A stretch of DNA of 64,000 bases, taken from contig CANQMA010000001.1 in the NCBI GenBank assembly GCA_947624875.1, positions 40,225 through 104,224 on the forward strand. Reading direction: 5' to 3'. This document shows, in pieces, positions 30,198-40,368 of this stretch. Both the position numbers and the translations under genes were made by a program. A model generated the notes under the pieces. The model made no database searches. It saw only the letters and a program-made list of their open reading frames with translations, and had not been told where the DNA came from. Source of the stretch: an uncultured Lachnospiraceae bacterium (GTDB taxonomy: Bacteria; Bacillota; Clostridia; Lachnospirales; Lachnospiraceae). How positions within the stretch are numbered: position 1 is the stretch's first letter; each line of letters starts with the position of its first letter.

Positions 30198-30226
30198 AAT
30201 ATATGTAAGGGATTCTATGATTATTC
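30198..30226 (-). promoter_or_regulatory. Putative SigE promoter for spoIVA
   Basis: GAATAAT-14 nt-CATATATT matches the SigE pattern; spoIVA is SigE-controlled in model spore-formers. Confidence 0.6.
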
Positions 30227-30235
30227 CTTGATTTT

Positions 30236-31795
30236 TTACATCAGCGGCGCAACAAGCCTCAGTAGTTTTCCAGCCGCTTTATACAGGATTGGCCTGTTCC
30301 TGCATTCCATCAGAGAAATCTTTCTCGAATCGGATAACATTTGCTGATAATCCTCTTCAATGTCAGCAATTGCACTGTTATGATACAGAAAACATCCGTT
30401 TTCAAAATGAAGAAACAAACTCCGGTAGTCTAAGTTGACAGTTCCGACGGTTGCTTTCTCATCATCACTGATAAACATTTTTGCGTGGGTAAAGCCCGGC
30501 GTATATTCGTAAATATCAATTCCCGCCTCAATCAGTTCTGCATAATATGTCCGCGCCACACAAAAGGCGTACGCTTTATCCGGAATGCCCGGCAGCACCA
30601 GTTTCACTTCCACTCCGCGTTTTGCTGCAAATTTCAAGGCAGACATCATGACATTGTCAATGACGAGATAAGGGGATACGATATGAAGATATCTGGTGGA
30701 AGTGTTGACAATGTGCAGATAAACAGATTCTCCGATGCGTTCCTCTCCAAACGGGTCGTCTCCATATCCAAAAACATACCCGTCGCTTGCAGGAAATGTT
30801 TCTGAAACATCCAGATATTTGTCAAAATTACCGACAGTTTTTTCAGAAACGTTCCACATTTGCAGAAACATCAGGGTAAAACTTTTTACCGCCTCTCCTT
30901 CAAGCATTACGGCTGTATCTTTCCAATAACCGAATTTTTGAACAAGATTCATATATTCATCAGCGAGATTGATGCCGCCGGTGAATGCGATTTTGCCGTC
31001 AATCACCAGAATTTTGCGGTGGTCGCGGTTATTCTGCTGCGTCGTAAAAAATGGACGCGCCGGCGCAAACGGCTTTGCTTTGATTCCTTTTTTTCGAAGT
31101 TTTTTATAATATCCGATTTCCAGTTTTGTCAAAGAGCACAGCCCATCATACATGACGCGGACTTCGACTCCCTGCTGTACTTTGTGCTCTAAGATATCCA
31201 ATATGGAATTCCAGACTTTCCCCTCCTCAATAATAAAATATTCCAGAAAAATAAAGTTTTCCGCCTCTTCGAGCCGCCGGATCAATTCCTGATATTTTGC
31301 CTCCCCGCAGTTAAAAAAGCGTACTTGAGTATTTTTATAAACCGGGAGTTCCGTCTTATCATAAATATAACGGCACAGCGACGCGGTATTTCGATCCTGC
31401 AGAAGCAGTTCATTGTAAACGTCACGGTTCATTGGAAGATATCGAATGGACTTCTGGTCAATCTGTTCAATTTTCTTTCGCAGAGCGATAGACCCCGGCT
31501 GAAGCCGTACATAGACATACATCAAGGTACCCAATGCAGGGAGCACCATAATAAAAATTGCCCAGACCAGTTTTGTTGTCGGTTCCGACTTGTCATTTAC
31601 AATATAGACAATCAAAAAGACCTGTAAAACCATCAAAACACGATTGACAATTTTACTGTCCGCAATGTTATAAGATAAAATTAAAATCAGGATAACCTGC
31701 AATAATACCATCAGGATAAAAATGAAGGTACGGCTGAACAAAAAAGTCCCAATGCCTTTTTTTCCTTTTTTCTCCATGCTGTGAATATCTGCCAT
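30236..31795 (-). CDS. cls: Cardiolipin synthase
   Basis: Two HKD motifs (HRKILVID, HAKMFISD); N-terminal TMs. Confidence 0.95.
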   Translation of the reverse strand: MADIHSMEKKGKKGIGTFLFSRTFIFILMVLLQVILILILSYNIADSKIVNRVLMVLQVFLIVYIVNDKSEPTTKLVWAIFIMVLPALGTLMYVYVRLQPGSIALRKKIEQIDQKSIRYLPMNRDVYNELLLQDRNTASLCRYIYDKTELPVYKNTQVRFFNCGEAKYQELIRRLEEAENFIFLEYFIIEEGKVWNSILDILEHKVQQGVEVRVMYDGLCSLTKLEIGYYKKLRKKGIKAKPFAPARPFFTTQQNNRDHRKILVIDGKIAFTGGINLADEYMNLVQKFGYWKDTAVMLEGEAVKSFTLMFLQMWNVSEKTVGNFDKYLDVSETFPASDGYVFGYGDDPFGEERIGESVYLHIVNTSTRYLHIVSPYLVIDNVMMSALKFAAKRGVEVKLVLPGIPDKAYAFCVARTYYAELIEAGIDIYEYTPGFTHAKMFISDDEKATVGTVNLDYRSLFLHFENGCFLYHNSAIADIEEDYQQMLSDSRKISLMECRNRPILYKAAGKLLRLVAPLM

Positions 31796-31826
31796 GTATT
31801 TGCCCTCCTTCCTTTTATCTTATGAT

Positions 31827-32486
31827 TTAACTAAACTGGTCAAGCATCTCCTTTCGAATTTCCATCATCGTTTTATCTGTTTTGTAAATGATTTCTGCAC
31901 ACTCTGTCAGTTTATTGACTGCATCATCATTTGAATTTCCTTTTTTATAATGGATATCATGTTCGAGGCTTGCCCAAAAATTCATTGCAATTGTTCGAAT
32001 CTGGATTTCGACCGTCATTTCCTTTTTCCCGGTGGATAAAAAGATTGGCGTCTTTACTACCAGATGCAGACTCCGGTATCCGTTTGGCTTTGGATTTTTT
32101 ATGTAGTCTTTCACCTGAAGCACCGTGATATCGTCCTGACAGGTCAGCATATCTGCGATTTTGTAAATATCATCCATAAAGGCGCAGATAACACGGACTC
32201 CGGCTATGTCATAAATATTTTTTTCCATTGTATCGATCGAAAAATCGAGTCCTTTGCGGTTCATTTTTTCAATAATGCTTGCCGGCGTTTTCACTCTGGT
32301 TTTGATCGATTCAATCGGATTTCTTGCCTGTGTTGTCATAAATTCTTTATTCAGCACATCCAGTTTTGTTTTAATTTCATAGATTGCACATTCATAACAG
32401 GTGATCAGAGTCCTTAATTGACTGAATGGCTCCTGAAACTGCTGAAAATCATGCTCAAGTTCTTTATATGTTTTTTTATAGTCCAT
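31827..32486 (-). CDS. Small alarmone synthetase (RelQ/RelP-like GTP pyrophosphokinase)
   Basis: RVKTPASI, DIAGVRVIC, KPNGYRSLH, EIQIRTIAMNFWASLEH. Confidence 0.93.
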   Translation of the reverse strand: MDYKKTYKELEHDFQQFQEPFSQLRTLITCYECAIYEIKTKLDVLNKEFMTTQARNPIESIKTRVKTPASIIEKMNRKGLDFSIDTMEKNIYDIAGVRVICAFMDDIYKIADMLTCQDDITVLQVKDYIKNPKPNGYRSLHLVVKTPIFLSTGKKEMTVEIQIRTIAMNFWASLEHDIHYKKGNSNDDAVNKLTECAEIIYKTDKTMMEIRKEMLDQFS

Positions 32487-32489
32487 ATA

Positions 32490-33500
32490 TTACTCCCATT
32501 CCAGATCAACAAACTCATTGGTGAATTCCCGTTTCATCATTTCAGACAATGCAATCTTTGCAGATTTTTCATCAAACAGTACGGCATTCACCGCCTCCAC
32601 AATCGGCATATCCACATGATACTTATGGGCAAGCGCCAACGCCGCTTTTGCAGAAACCGCGCCTTCCACAACCATATTTACTTCTTTGACCGCGTCCTCC
32701 AGGGAGTAACCTTTCCCAATCAGAACGCCGGCGCGTCTGTTTCTGGAATGTTTGCTTTCACAGGTCACGATCAAGTCGCCAATGCCGGATAATCCATGAA
32801 AAGTTCTGGCATGTCCACCCATCGCCACGCCAAGCTGGGTAATTTCCTTAATTCCTCTGGTAATTAACGCGGCCTCCGTATTATCGCCGTAGCCTAAACC
32901 GTCAACGATTCCGGCGGCAAGCGCAATCACGTTTTTTAAAGAACCGCCCAGTTCGATGCTCCTCCAGTCCGGGCTGACATAAACCCGGAAATATTCATTG
33001 CCAAACAGACGCTGGACTTTTTGCGCCGTTTCCTTATGGCGTGCTCCAATCACCACAGCTGTAACCATTCCTCTGCCGACCTCCTCGGCATGGCTTGGTC
33101 CGGAGAGAACCATTGCTTCCGCATCCGGCAGCACTTCTTCTATAATTTCCGTCATCGTGTAGAATGTACCGTCCTCAATTCCTTTTGCGACATCAACGAT
33201 AATTTGTCCCTTCGGTATGATTCCTTTTAATAATTCAGACGTGCTTCGGACAAACGAGGAAGCCACTGCCATAACAAGTACTTCGGAATCTTTCACCGCA
33301 GACGCAATATCATTGCTGATTTCAATCTTTTCGTCAATCAAAACGCCCGGCAGTCCGACTTTATTTTCCCGGTCATTCTTTAGGGCTTCCACTTCGCGTG
33401 GAAGTTTGGACCAGATGGTCACCTGATGTCCATTTTCAAATAAAACTTTAGCAAGGGCAATCGCCCATCCTCCGCCACCTAAAACAGTAACTTTTGACAT
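32490..33500 (-). CDS. gpsA: NAD(P)H-dependent glycerol-3-phosphate dehydrogenase
   Basis: LSGPSHAEEV, LKNVIALAAG, GIGDLIVTCES.HSRNR. Confidence 0.97.
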   Translation of the reverse strand: MSKVTVLGGGGWAIALAKVLFENGHQVTIWSKLPREVEALKNDRENKVGLPGVLIDEKIEISNDIASAVKDSEVLVMAVASSFVRSTSELLKGIIPKGQIIVDVAKGIEDGTFYTMTEIIEEVLPDAEAMVLSGPSHAEEVGRGMVTAVVIGARHKETAQKVQRLFGNEYFRVYVSPDWRSIELGGSLKNVIALAAGIVDGLGYGDNTEAALITRGIKEITQLGVAMGGHARTFHGLSGIGDLIVTCESKHSRNRRAGVLIGKGYSLEDAVKEVNMVVEGAVSAKAALALAHKYHVDMPIVEAVNAVLFDEKSAKIALSEMMKREFTNEFVDLEWE

Positions 33501-33502
33501 TT

Positions 33503-34162
33503 TCAATCCTCCTTTTTGCTGCCGATTCGTCTTTCCGTACCATTCAGCAGACGTTTAATATTATCATGATGCCTGATAAACGAAAGTATCAGTAAAATCC
33601 CCGCAAGGATATATGCTTCTAATTTGTCATTTTCATTGAGTCCATGTACGAGTCCCAATTCTCCAAAGACAATCATTTCAACGAAAAATCCGGTCATCAT
33701 ACACAGCGAACTGAGAGAAACATATTTCGTTAGAAAAAGCATTCCGAAAAAAATTACTGCGGCGCAGACGACAAATTTATAATCAAAAATCAACAGTCCT
33801 GCAACCATTCCGGCAAATGCGGCAATCCCTTTTCCTCCTCTAAAATGCATATAGAAAGGAAAATTATGTCCTAAAATCACACCGAATCCGGTATATAGAG
33901 CAAGTACAAATGAATGATCGGTGCCAATGCCTTGAAAAAGAAAATACGTTAAAATAATTGCGAATACAGCTTTCAGACTGTCTCCAAAAAAAGTAATCAA
34001 ACCACTTTTCTTTCCCAATGTTCTCATTGCATTGGTCGTACCGGAGTTTCCGCTTCCATAATTTCTAATATCAATATGATTCCATTTTCCCAAAAGAAAT
34101 GCCGTTTGAAATAAACCGAATCCATATCCTATCCCTATGCACAGTATTTTCTGCAGAATCAT
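33503..34162 (-). CDS. plsY: Glycerol-3-phosphate acyltransferase PlsY
   Basis: DIRNYGSGNSGTTN, GHNFP, FRGGKGIA, RHHDNIKRL. Confidence 0.96.
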   Translation of the reverse strand: MILQKILCIGIGYGFGLFQTAFLLGKWNHIDIRNYGSGNSGTTNAMRTLGKKSGLITFFGDSLKAVFAIILTYFLFQGIGTDHSFVLALYTGFGVILGHNFPFYMHFRGGKGIAAFAGMVAGLLIFDYKFVVCAAVIFFGMLFLTKYVSLSSLCMMTGFFVEMIVFGELGLVHGLNENDKLEAYILAGILLILSFIRHHDNIKRLLNGTERRIGSKKED

Positions 34163-34165
34163 TTT

Positions 34166-35488
34166 TTATTCTCCTTTTCTCTCGCGTATTATAAATTTTA
34201 GCGGAGTTCCATGAAAGCCAAACGCCTCGCGAATGCGGTTTTCAATATATCGGGTATATGAAAAATGCATGAGTTTTTTATCATTGACAAAAATCACAAA
34301 CGTCGGCGGCTTTACACTGACTTGCGTAATATAATATAATTTTAACCGTTTTCCCTTATCTGACGGCGGCTGCTGCATGGCGACCGCCTCAGCCAAAATT
34401 TCATTTAATACGCCTGTTTCAATTCGTAACGCATGATTTTCAATCACAACGTCGATTATTTCAAATAATTTAGGAAGGCGCTGCCCTGTCAGTGCCGAAA
34501 TAAATATCATTTCTGCATACGGCATAAAGGAAAGAACGCTCCGGATATCTTCTTTGTATTTATAGATTGTCTTGTCATTTTTTTCGATAGCGTCCCACTT
34601 GTTAACCGCAATAATCACGCCTTTGCCGTTTTCATGGGCAATTCCTGCAATCTTTGCATCCTGCTCTGTCACTCCTTCAACCGCATCAATCACCAGAACC
34701 ACTACATCTGCGCGTTCCAGCGCGGTGACCGTGCGGATGACACTAAACCGCTCTAAATCTTCTTTCACTCTTGCTTTTCTGCGCAGTCCGGCCGTGTCAA
34801 TAAAGACATAAGGCCTTCCGTTGTATATTACTTCCGTATCAATCGCATCTCTCGTTGTTCCTGCGATATCCGATACAATGACCCTGCTTTCTCCGGTCAG
34901 TTTATTGATAATGGAGGATTTCCCAACGTTTGGTTTCCCTACAATTGCCACACGCGGCCGGTCATCATCCTCTTCTGCTGTATTCAAATTGTCAAAATAT
35001 CCGGTCACAACATCCAGCATATCTCCGAGACCGCTTCTCTGTGTAGAAGAGATAGGAATCGGGTCTCCGATACCCAGATTATAAAATTCATAAACATCGG
35101 CCATCATCTTATTATAATTATCTACTTTATTTACAACCAAAACGACCGGTTTTCTGCTCTTTCTGAGCATGTCTGCCACTTTCGAATCCGAATCCACCAG
35201 TCCCTGTCTGACATCCGTCATAAAGATAATGACATCCGCCGTATCAATTGCAATTTGAGCCTGCTCCCGCATCTGGGACAGAATGATATCATTGCTGTCC
35301 GGTTCAATTCCACCGGTATCAATCAGCGTAAACTGATAATTCAGCCACTCAATATCTGCATAAATCCGGTCTCTGGTAACTCCCGGAGTATCTTTGACAA
35401 TCGAAATCATCTGTTTTGCCAACGCATTAAATAAGGTGGATTTTCCCACATTCGGTCTTCCCACAATCGCAACAATCGGTTTACTCAT
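34166..35488 (-). CDS. der: Ribosome biogenesis GTPase Der
   Basis: Two GTPase domains ([16 protein letters not shown]), KH-like C-terminus. Confidence 0.98.
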   Translation of the reverse strand: MSKPIVAIVGRPNVGKSTLFNALAKQMISIVKDTPGVTRDRIYADIEWLNYQFTLIDTGGIEPDSNDIILSQMREQAQIAIDTADVIIFMTDVRQGLVDSDSKVADMLRKSRKPVVLVVNKVDNYNKMMADVYEFYNLGIGDPIPISSTQRSGLGDMLDVVTGYFDNLNTAEEDDDRPRVAIVGKPNVGKSSIINKLTGESRVIVSDIAGTTRDAIDTEVIYNGRPYVFIDTAGLRRKARVKEDLERFSVIRTVTALERADVVVLVIDAVEGVTEQDAKIAGIAHENGKGVIIAVNKWDAIEKNDKTIYKYKEDIRSVLSFMPYAEMIFISALTGQRLPKLFEIIDVVIENHALRIETGVLNEILAEAVAMQQPPSDKGKRLKLYYITQVSVKPPTFVIFVNDKKLMHFSYTRYIENRIREAFGFHGTPLKFIIRERKGE

Positions 35489-35511
35489 TATTTTCTCCCA
35501 TCATCTGACAG

Positions 35512-36861
35512 TTACGGCTCATATCGGGAGACTGTGCTGACATCAGCAGATATTGCATCTCCCAATACTGCTTTTACAAAATCTGCTCCACTTGATTTTA
35601 CAATAACTGCCTCTATTTGTAAATTCTTTTCCATTTGTTCCAAAGTCATATCGTCAAGAAAAATATCTTCGCCACTCTTTAGCGTACAGGTCGGAACCAA
35701 CAGTCTTTCTCCCAACTTCTGATTTTTCAGCCGGTTTACAATATCCTGTCCGGTCAAAAGTCCGGTAACCGTGATATTTTCGCCGAAAAAATGATTGGTA
35801 ATTGGATAGACATTGACGACGATTTGCGGAAATTTCTTTTGGATCTCCTGCACTGTTTTTAATAGATAAGGGTAAGCAAGGGTTCCGGTAAAAGTGCTGA
35901 CCTCCATCCTCCGGTTATCCCCGCTTAAAAGTTTCAGATATCCGCCCGCCTCGTTTAAGAAAGAACGCACCATGCCGACTCCGTTTTCCAGCTGAGGATA
36001 CCCGTCATAGCGTCCCTCTTCCGGAATCTCGCGTTCTGCCATAATATACCACTCATCGGAAGCGTGAACAAAATGGATCTGATGCTGTTCATAAATTTTT
36101 TTCTGCCATGCTTCAATGGATTCAATCACACTGACAGCGTCCTCTTTCGTGAAATTTTGAAGCGGGTACAATCCTTCCCGGTATTTGGTCAGTCCTGCAG
36201 GCACTACTGAAACGCTCTTCATGGATGGAAGATACTGCGTCAGCTTTGATATTGTTTCATCGAGATGTTTTCCATCATTAATGCCTTTGCAGAGCACAAT
36301 CTGTCCATTCATCTCAATTCCGGCGTCATGAAATTGCCTGATATATTTTAATTTATCCCCTGCAAAACGATTGTGAAGCATTTTGCATCGGAGTTCCGGA
36401 TCCATTGTATGTACAGAAATATTGATAGGCGCCAGATGGTAGCGGATCACACGGCTGACATCCGCATCGCTCATATTTGTCAGGGTGACATAATTCCCCT
36501 GTAAAAAGGACAGTCGGGAATCGTCATCTTTAAAGTAAAGGGTCTTTCTCATTCCCGGCGGCATCTGGTCAATAAAACAAAACAGACACTTATTGCAGCA
36601 GGAATGATATTCATCCATCAGGCCGTTTTCAAAAATCAGGCCGAGATCCTCGTCCTCATCTTTCTCAATCTCAAGTTCCCACACTTCCCCGTTTTTCTTC
36701 TCAACTTCCACAAGGATATTCTCTTCTTCACAAAGCAGCTGGTAATCAAAAATATCTTCGACAGAATGGCCGTTGACGGAAAAAAGCAGGTCTCCCGGTT
36801 CAATTTCCATTTCCCACGCTATTGAATTTTTCTTAACTTCTTGAATTAAATGTTTTTTCAT
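35512..36861 (-). CDS. DUF512 PDZ/radical-SAM-like protein
   Basis: CCNKCLFCFIDQMP, KDDDSRLSF, QLENGVG. Confidence 0.9.
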   Translation of the reverse strand: MKKHLIQEVKKNSIAWEMEIEPGDLLFSVNGHSVEDIFDYQLLCEEENILVEVEKKNGEVWELEIEKDEDEDLGLIFENGLMDEYHSCCNKCLFCFIDQMPPGMRKTLYFKDDDSRLSFLQGNYVTLTNMSDADVSRVIRYHLAPINISVHTMDPELRCKMLHNRFAGDKLKYIRQFHDAGIEMNGQIVLCKGINDGKHLDETISKLTQYLPSMKSVSVVPAGLTKYREGLYPLQNFTKEDAVSVIESIEAWQKKIYEQHQIHFVHASDEWYIMAEREIPEEGRYDGYPQLENGVGMVRSFLNEAGGYLKLLSGDNRRMEVSTFTGTLAYPYLLKTVQEIQKKFPQIVVNVYPITNHFFGENITVTGLLTGQDIVNRLKNQKLGERLLVPTCTLKSGEDIFLDDMTLEQMEKNLQIEAVIVKSSGADFVKAVLGDAISADVSTVSRYEP

Positions 36862-36862
36862 C

Positions 36863-37708
36863 TTAAATTATCTCTAAAAATGCCATCAGGGTTCCACGCA
36901 TTCCATGCAGGGCGCGATGAGAAAATAAAACCTCTGGATTACAACAGGTACAAAGGTCTGTCACATGAATATTTTCCGGAAGCACGCCTGCCTCCAGGAA
37001 AATCAGTTCATTACACTTCCACAGATTTAAGTGATATTTCCCATTGCCTTTATCGCGTAAAATTGCGTCCACATCGTTGGGGAAGGACGCTTTAAATTCT
37101 TCCGCCACATCTTCACTGATTTCGTAACAGTCCTGGCAGATGGACGGACCGATGCACACAATCAAATCTTCCGGTTCTGTCCCATATGCCTCTTTCATTT
37201 TTTGAATGGTTTTTTGTCCGATTTTTCCTACCGTGCCTCTCCAGCCGGAGTGCGACAGTCCGATTGCATGATTTTTCCTGTCCGCCAGATAAAGCGGAAC
37301 GCAGTCGGCATACGAGGTTGCCAACACGACATTTTTTTCATTTGTAATCAGTCCGTCTATATTTTCAAAATCCCGTTCCTTAAAGATTCCTTTTCCACAG
37401 TCTTCTTTTGTCACCTGACGAATATTTGTCGTATGTGTCTGATGACTCAGCACAAGATTTTTCACTTCAAAACCAATGGCATCTGCAATCCGCTCAAAAT
37501 TTTGATGGACATTCTGCTCCAAATCGCCCCGGTGAAACGCTAAATTCAGGGAAGCAAGATGTTTGCTGCTGACGCCTCCAAGCCTTGTAGAAAATCCGTG
37601 GCGTATCCAAAAAAGACGTTCCAGTGCCGGAAAAGAAATATAAGGGATTCCATGAAAATTGATTTTGGTGCTGCTTCCCTCATACTTATTCAACATTACT
37701 TCATTCAT
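36863..37708 (-). CDS. pgeF: Peptidoglycan editing factor PgeF / YlmD-like purine nucleoside phosphorylase
   Basis: HGFSTRLGGVS, ADCVP, HSGWRGT, IGPSIC. Confidence 0.93.
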   Translation of the reverse strand: MNEVMLNKYEGSSTKINFHGIPYISFPALERLFWIRHGFSTRLGGVSSKHLASLNLAFHRGDLEQNVHQNFERIADAIGFEVKNLVLSHQTHTTNIRQVTKEDCGKGIFKERDFENIDGLITNEKNVVLATSYADCVPLYLADRKNHAIGLSHSGWRGTVGKIGQKTIQKMKEAYGTEPEDLIVCIGPSICQDCYEISEDVAEEFKASFPNDVDAILRDKGNGKYHLNLWKCNELIFLEAGVLPENIHVTDLCTCCNPEVLFSHRALHGMRGTLMAFLEII

Positions 37709-38058
37709 TACATTGCTCCATAACAGTTAAAAAGATATTCCACCCGGTTTCCGGTAATCGCCAAAACGTCAAAACTCATTGAACAATCCCTGAATTCCGG
37801 ATGTTTCTTACAATACATACAGGCTGCATGATAATAGGTTCTCTGCTTTTTAATGTCCACCGCTTCCTGCGCATATCCATAAGCCGGGCTGCCGCGATAC
37901 TTTACTTCAATAAATCTCAGAATGTGGTCTTTCCTTGCAATGATATCGATTTCTCCTCTTTTACAGATAAAATTGCGTTCGAGAATAAAGAAACCATTCT
38001 GTTTTAAATAGCGGATTGCAGCATCTTCATAAGCGCTGCCAACCATTCGACGATTCAT
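37708..38058 (-). CDS. YraN family putative endonuclease
   Basis: ERNF..GEIDIIA..FIEVKYR. Confidence 0.93.
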   Translation of the reverse strand: MNRRMVGSAYEDAAIRYLKQNGFFILERNFICKRGEIDIIARKDHILRFIEVKYRGSPAYGYAQEAVDIKKQRTYYHAACMYCKKHPEFRDCSMSFDVLAITGNRVEYLFNCYGAM

Positions 38059-38084
38059 ACTCTCCCCTCTTTTCTATTTCTCTT

Positions 38085-38855
38085 TTATATGGATTTGTCT
38101 TCAATAAAATTCCCGATAAATGTTCTTCGATGAATCGGACATGGCCCATATTTTTTCAGCGCCTCAATATGCTTTGCTGAACCATAACCCTTGTTGGAGG
38201 CAAAGCCATATTCAGGATAAACCTGATCATATTCTTCCATGAGCGCATCCCGCTCTACCTTTGCAATAATACTCGCGGCTCCAATGGAAATACTCTTTGC
38301 ATCCCCTTTAATAATCGGAACCTGTAAAATATCCACCCCGGGAATTTTTACAGCGTCATTGAGCAGTACCTGCGGTTTTACACGCAGTTTTGAAATTGCC
38401 GTGCGCATTGCCTCGTAAGTCGCCTGTAAAATATTTATTGCGTCAATCCGCTGTGAATCTACCATGGCGACCGCATAACTGACTGCTTTTTCCTGAATCT
38501 GTTTCGACAGTTCCTCTCTCTTTTTGGCAGATAATTTTTTGGAATCATTGATATATAAGATATCACAATCTTTGGGCAGAATAACTGCCGCCGCAGCTAC
38601 CGGGCCGGCGAGCGGTCCCCTGCCAACTTCGTCAATTCCACAGATAAATTCACAATCCGCATATTTCCGTTCGTATGCAGTCATGAGATAAATCCGCTGC
38701 CGTTCCGTTTCATATGCCTGTTTTCTTTTGACTGCCGCTGATACCAGACTTTGGACTCCCGCCCTCCGGTCGTTCTGATAACATTCAATGAATGAATCCA
38801 GTTCTTTTTCCGTTGTTTCGTTCAATTGCTTTTTTATCATTTGAATACTGTTCAT
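38085..38855 (-). CDS. rnhB: Ribonuclease HII
   Basis: GIDEVGRGPLAGPV, DSKKL, AASIIAKV, KGYGS. Confidence 0.97.
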   Translation of the reverse strand: MNSIQMIKKQLNETTEKELDSFIECYQNDRRAGVQSLVSAAVKRKQAYETERQRIYLMTAYERKYADCEFICGIDEVGRGPLAGPVAAAAVILPKDCDILYINDSKKLSAKKREELSKQIQEKAVSYAVAMVDSQRIDAINILQATYEAMRTAISKLRVKPQVLLNDAVKIPGVDILQVPIIKGDAKSISIGAASIIAKVERDALMEEYDQVYPEYGFASNKGYGSAKHIEALKKYGPCPIHRRTFIGNFIEDKSI

Positions 38856-38911
38856 TGGTTCTCCTGATAACACTCTTGTTTCCACTCTGATTGACAATTC
38901 TCTCGTTCAAA

Positions 38912-39751
38912 CTATTTTCTATCCAATGTAATTCTTCCCAGTTTCCCGCTTCGGAAGTCATCCATCAAAATCCTGCATGTTTTTTCCAAATCCGGTCTGT
39001 TTCCTTTCAATTTGCATCCCCGGACTTCGGCAATCTGATTCATGGTTTCCACGGGATCATCTTCAGGCTCTATCTGATAACGCTTTTCTACGACATCCGG
39101 ATAATCTTTTTTCACCGTAACAAGAAACTGATATGCCAACTCTGTAATATCAAGAATCTGGTCGTTGATAGAACCGATAAAAGCAAGATGCATTCCAATC
39201 GTCTGATCGTCAAACTTCGGCCACAAAACGCCCGGGGTATCCAGCAGTTCCAAAGTTTTTCCCATGCGGATCCATTGTTTTCCTTTTGTAACACCGGGTT
39301 TGTTTCCGGTTTTTGCAGCAGCGCGTCCCGCATATGCATTGATAAATGTAGATTTCCCAACATTTGGAATTCCTACCACCATTGCCCTGACCGGACGGTT
39401 TTTGATTCCTCTTTTCCGATCCCGCTCTATTTTTTCTCTGCAGGCAGTCAAAACTGCCCGGTCGATCTCCTTGATTCCCTGTCTGCTTTTGGAATTGATT
39501 TTTAAAGTCACACAGCCCTGGCTCTCAAAAAAATGAAGCCATTGATCATTCTGCGTTTCATCAGCTAAATCTGCTTTGTTTAACAGCACTAAGCGCGCTT
39601 TATTCTTTGCAAGCCGGTCAATTTCAGGATTTCGGCTGCTGAAAGGAATTCTGGCATCCAGTAATTCAATCACCAGATCAATCAGTTTCATATCTTCCTG
39701 CATCTGTCTTATCGCTTTTGTCATGTGTCCCGGATACCATTGATACTCCAT
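38912..39751 (-). CDS. ylqF: Ribosome biogenesis GTPase RbgA/YlqF
   Basis: QWYPGHM, GIPNVGKST, DTPGVLWPKF. Confidence 0.97.
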   Translation of the reverse strand: MEYQWYPGHMTKAIRQMQEDMKLIDLVIELLDARIPFSSRNPEIDRLAKNKARLVLLNKADLADETQNDQWLHFFESQGCVTLKINSKSRQGIKEIDRAVLTACREKIERDRKRGIKNRPVRAMVVGIPNVGKSTFINAYAGRAAAKTGNKPGVTKGKQWIRMGKTLELLDTPGVLWPKFDDQTIGMHLAFIGSINDQILDITELAYQFLVTVKKDYPDVVEKRYQIEPEDDPVETMNQIAEVRGCKLKGNRPDLEKTCRILMDDFRSGKLGRITLDRK

Positions 39752-39802
39752 TGCTTTTTCTCTCTTTCTTTCAAATCGATTCATCTTTCTCTAGTATAAC
39801 GT

Positions 39803-39832
39803 AAAAAAGAACGAGTTTCCACTCGTTCTTTT
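39803..39832 (-). terminator. Intrinsic terminator after rplS
   Basis: AAAGAACGAGT-TTCC-ACTCGTTCTTT with T-tract on minus strand. Confidence 0.8.
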
Positions 39833-39879
39833 ATTTTCATAAAATTTGAATGGCACCTGATGGTGCTTTGAAAGCCGGA

Positions 39880-40224
39880 TTATTTCATCAATTCTTTTAC
39901 TTTTGCAGCTTTACCGACTCTGGTTCTGATATAATTCAGTTTTGCTCTTCTGACTTTACCGCGTCTGACAACTTCAATATTTGCAATGGATGGTGAATAA
40001 AGCGGCCATGTTCTTTCAACGCCGATTCCGTTAGATAACTTTCTTACGGTAAACGTTGCACGGTTGCTTCCACCCTGTTTTTTCATTACGAGTCCTTCAA
40101 AAACCTGAATTCTTTCACGGTTTCCTTCGACAATCTTTGCGTGAACACGAATGGTATCTCCTACCTTAAAATCTGTCACTTCTTTCATCTGAGCTGCTTC
40201 AATTTCCTTAATTAGTTCCTGCAT
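39880..40224 (-). CDS. rplS: 50S ribosomal protein L19
   Basis: [31 protein letters not shown]; GGAGG RBS. Confidence 0.98.
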   Translation of the reverse strand: MQELIKEIEAAQMKEVTDFKVGDTIRVHAKIVEGNRERIQVFEGLVMKKQGGSNRATFTVRKLSNGIGVERTWPLYSPSIANIEVVRRGKVRRAKLNYIRTRVGKAAKVKELMK

Positions 40225-40244
40225 CATATCCTCCTTATTTATTA

Positions 40245-40283
40245 CGATGTTCTTAATACATAATTTGTAACAGAGGAGCATCT
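40245..40283 (-). promoter_or_regulatory. Putative L19 ribosomal-protein leader
   Basis: GAUGCUCCUCUG...AAGAACAUC stem just upstream of the RBS resembles the Firmicutes L19 leader. Confidence 0.6.
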
Positions 40284-40333
40284 TTTTATACGAAAGAGCG
40301 CAAAAATCCTCTTTCTTTCATACAGCATTTGAT

Positions 40334-40362
40334 ATATTAACATAACTTTCCTGTTTTTGCAA
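40334..40362 (-). promoter_or_regulatory. SigA promoter for rplS
   Basis: TTGCAA-17 nt-TAATAT with extended TG. Confidence 0.55.
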
Positions 40363-40368
40363 GAAAAA

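Noticed and set aside
31827-32486. Toxic SAS (toxSAS) toxin-antitoxin module
   Set aside because: The sequence has housekeeping RelQ/RelP-like motifs and no adjacent small antitoxin ORF.
38891-39505. 204-aa + strand ORF, and similar 60-170-aa ORFs throughout the window
   Set aside because: They lie almost wholly antisense to or overlapping well-supported conserved genes and show no protein motifs.
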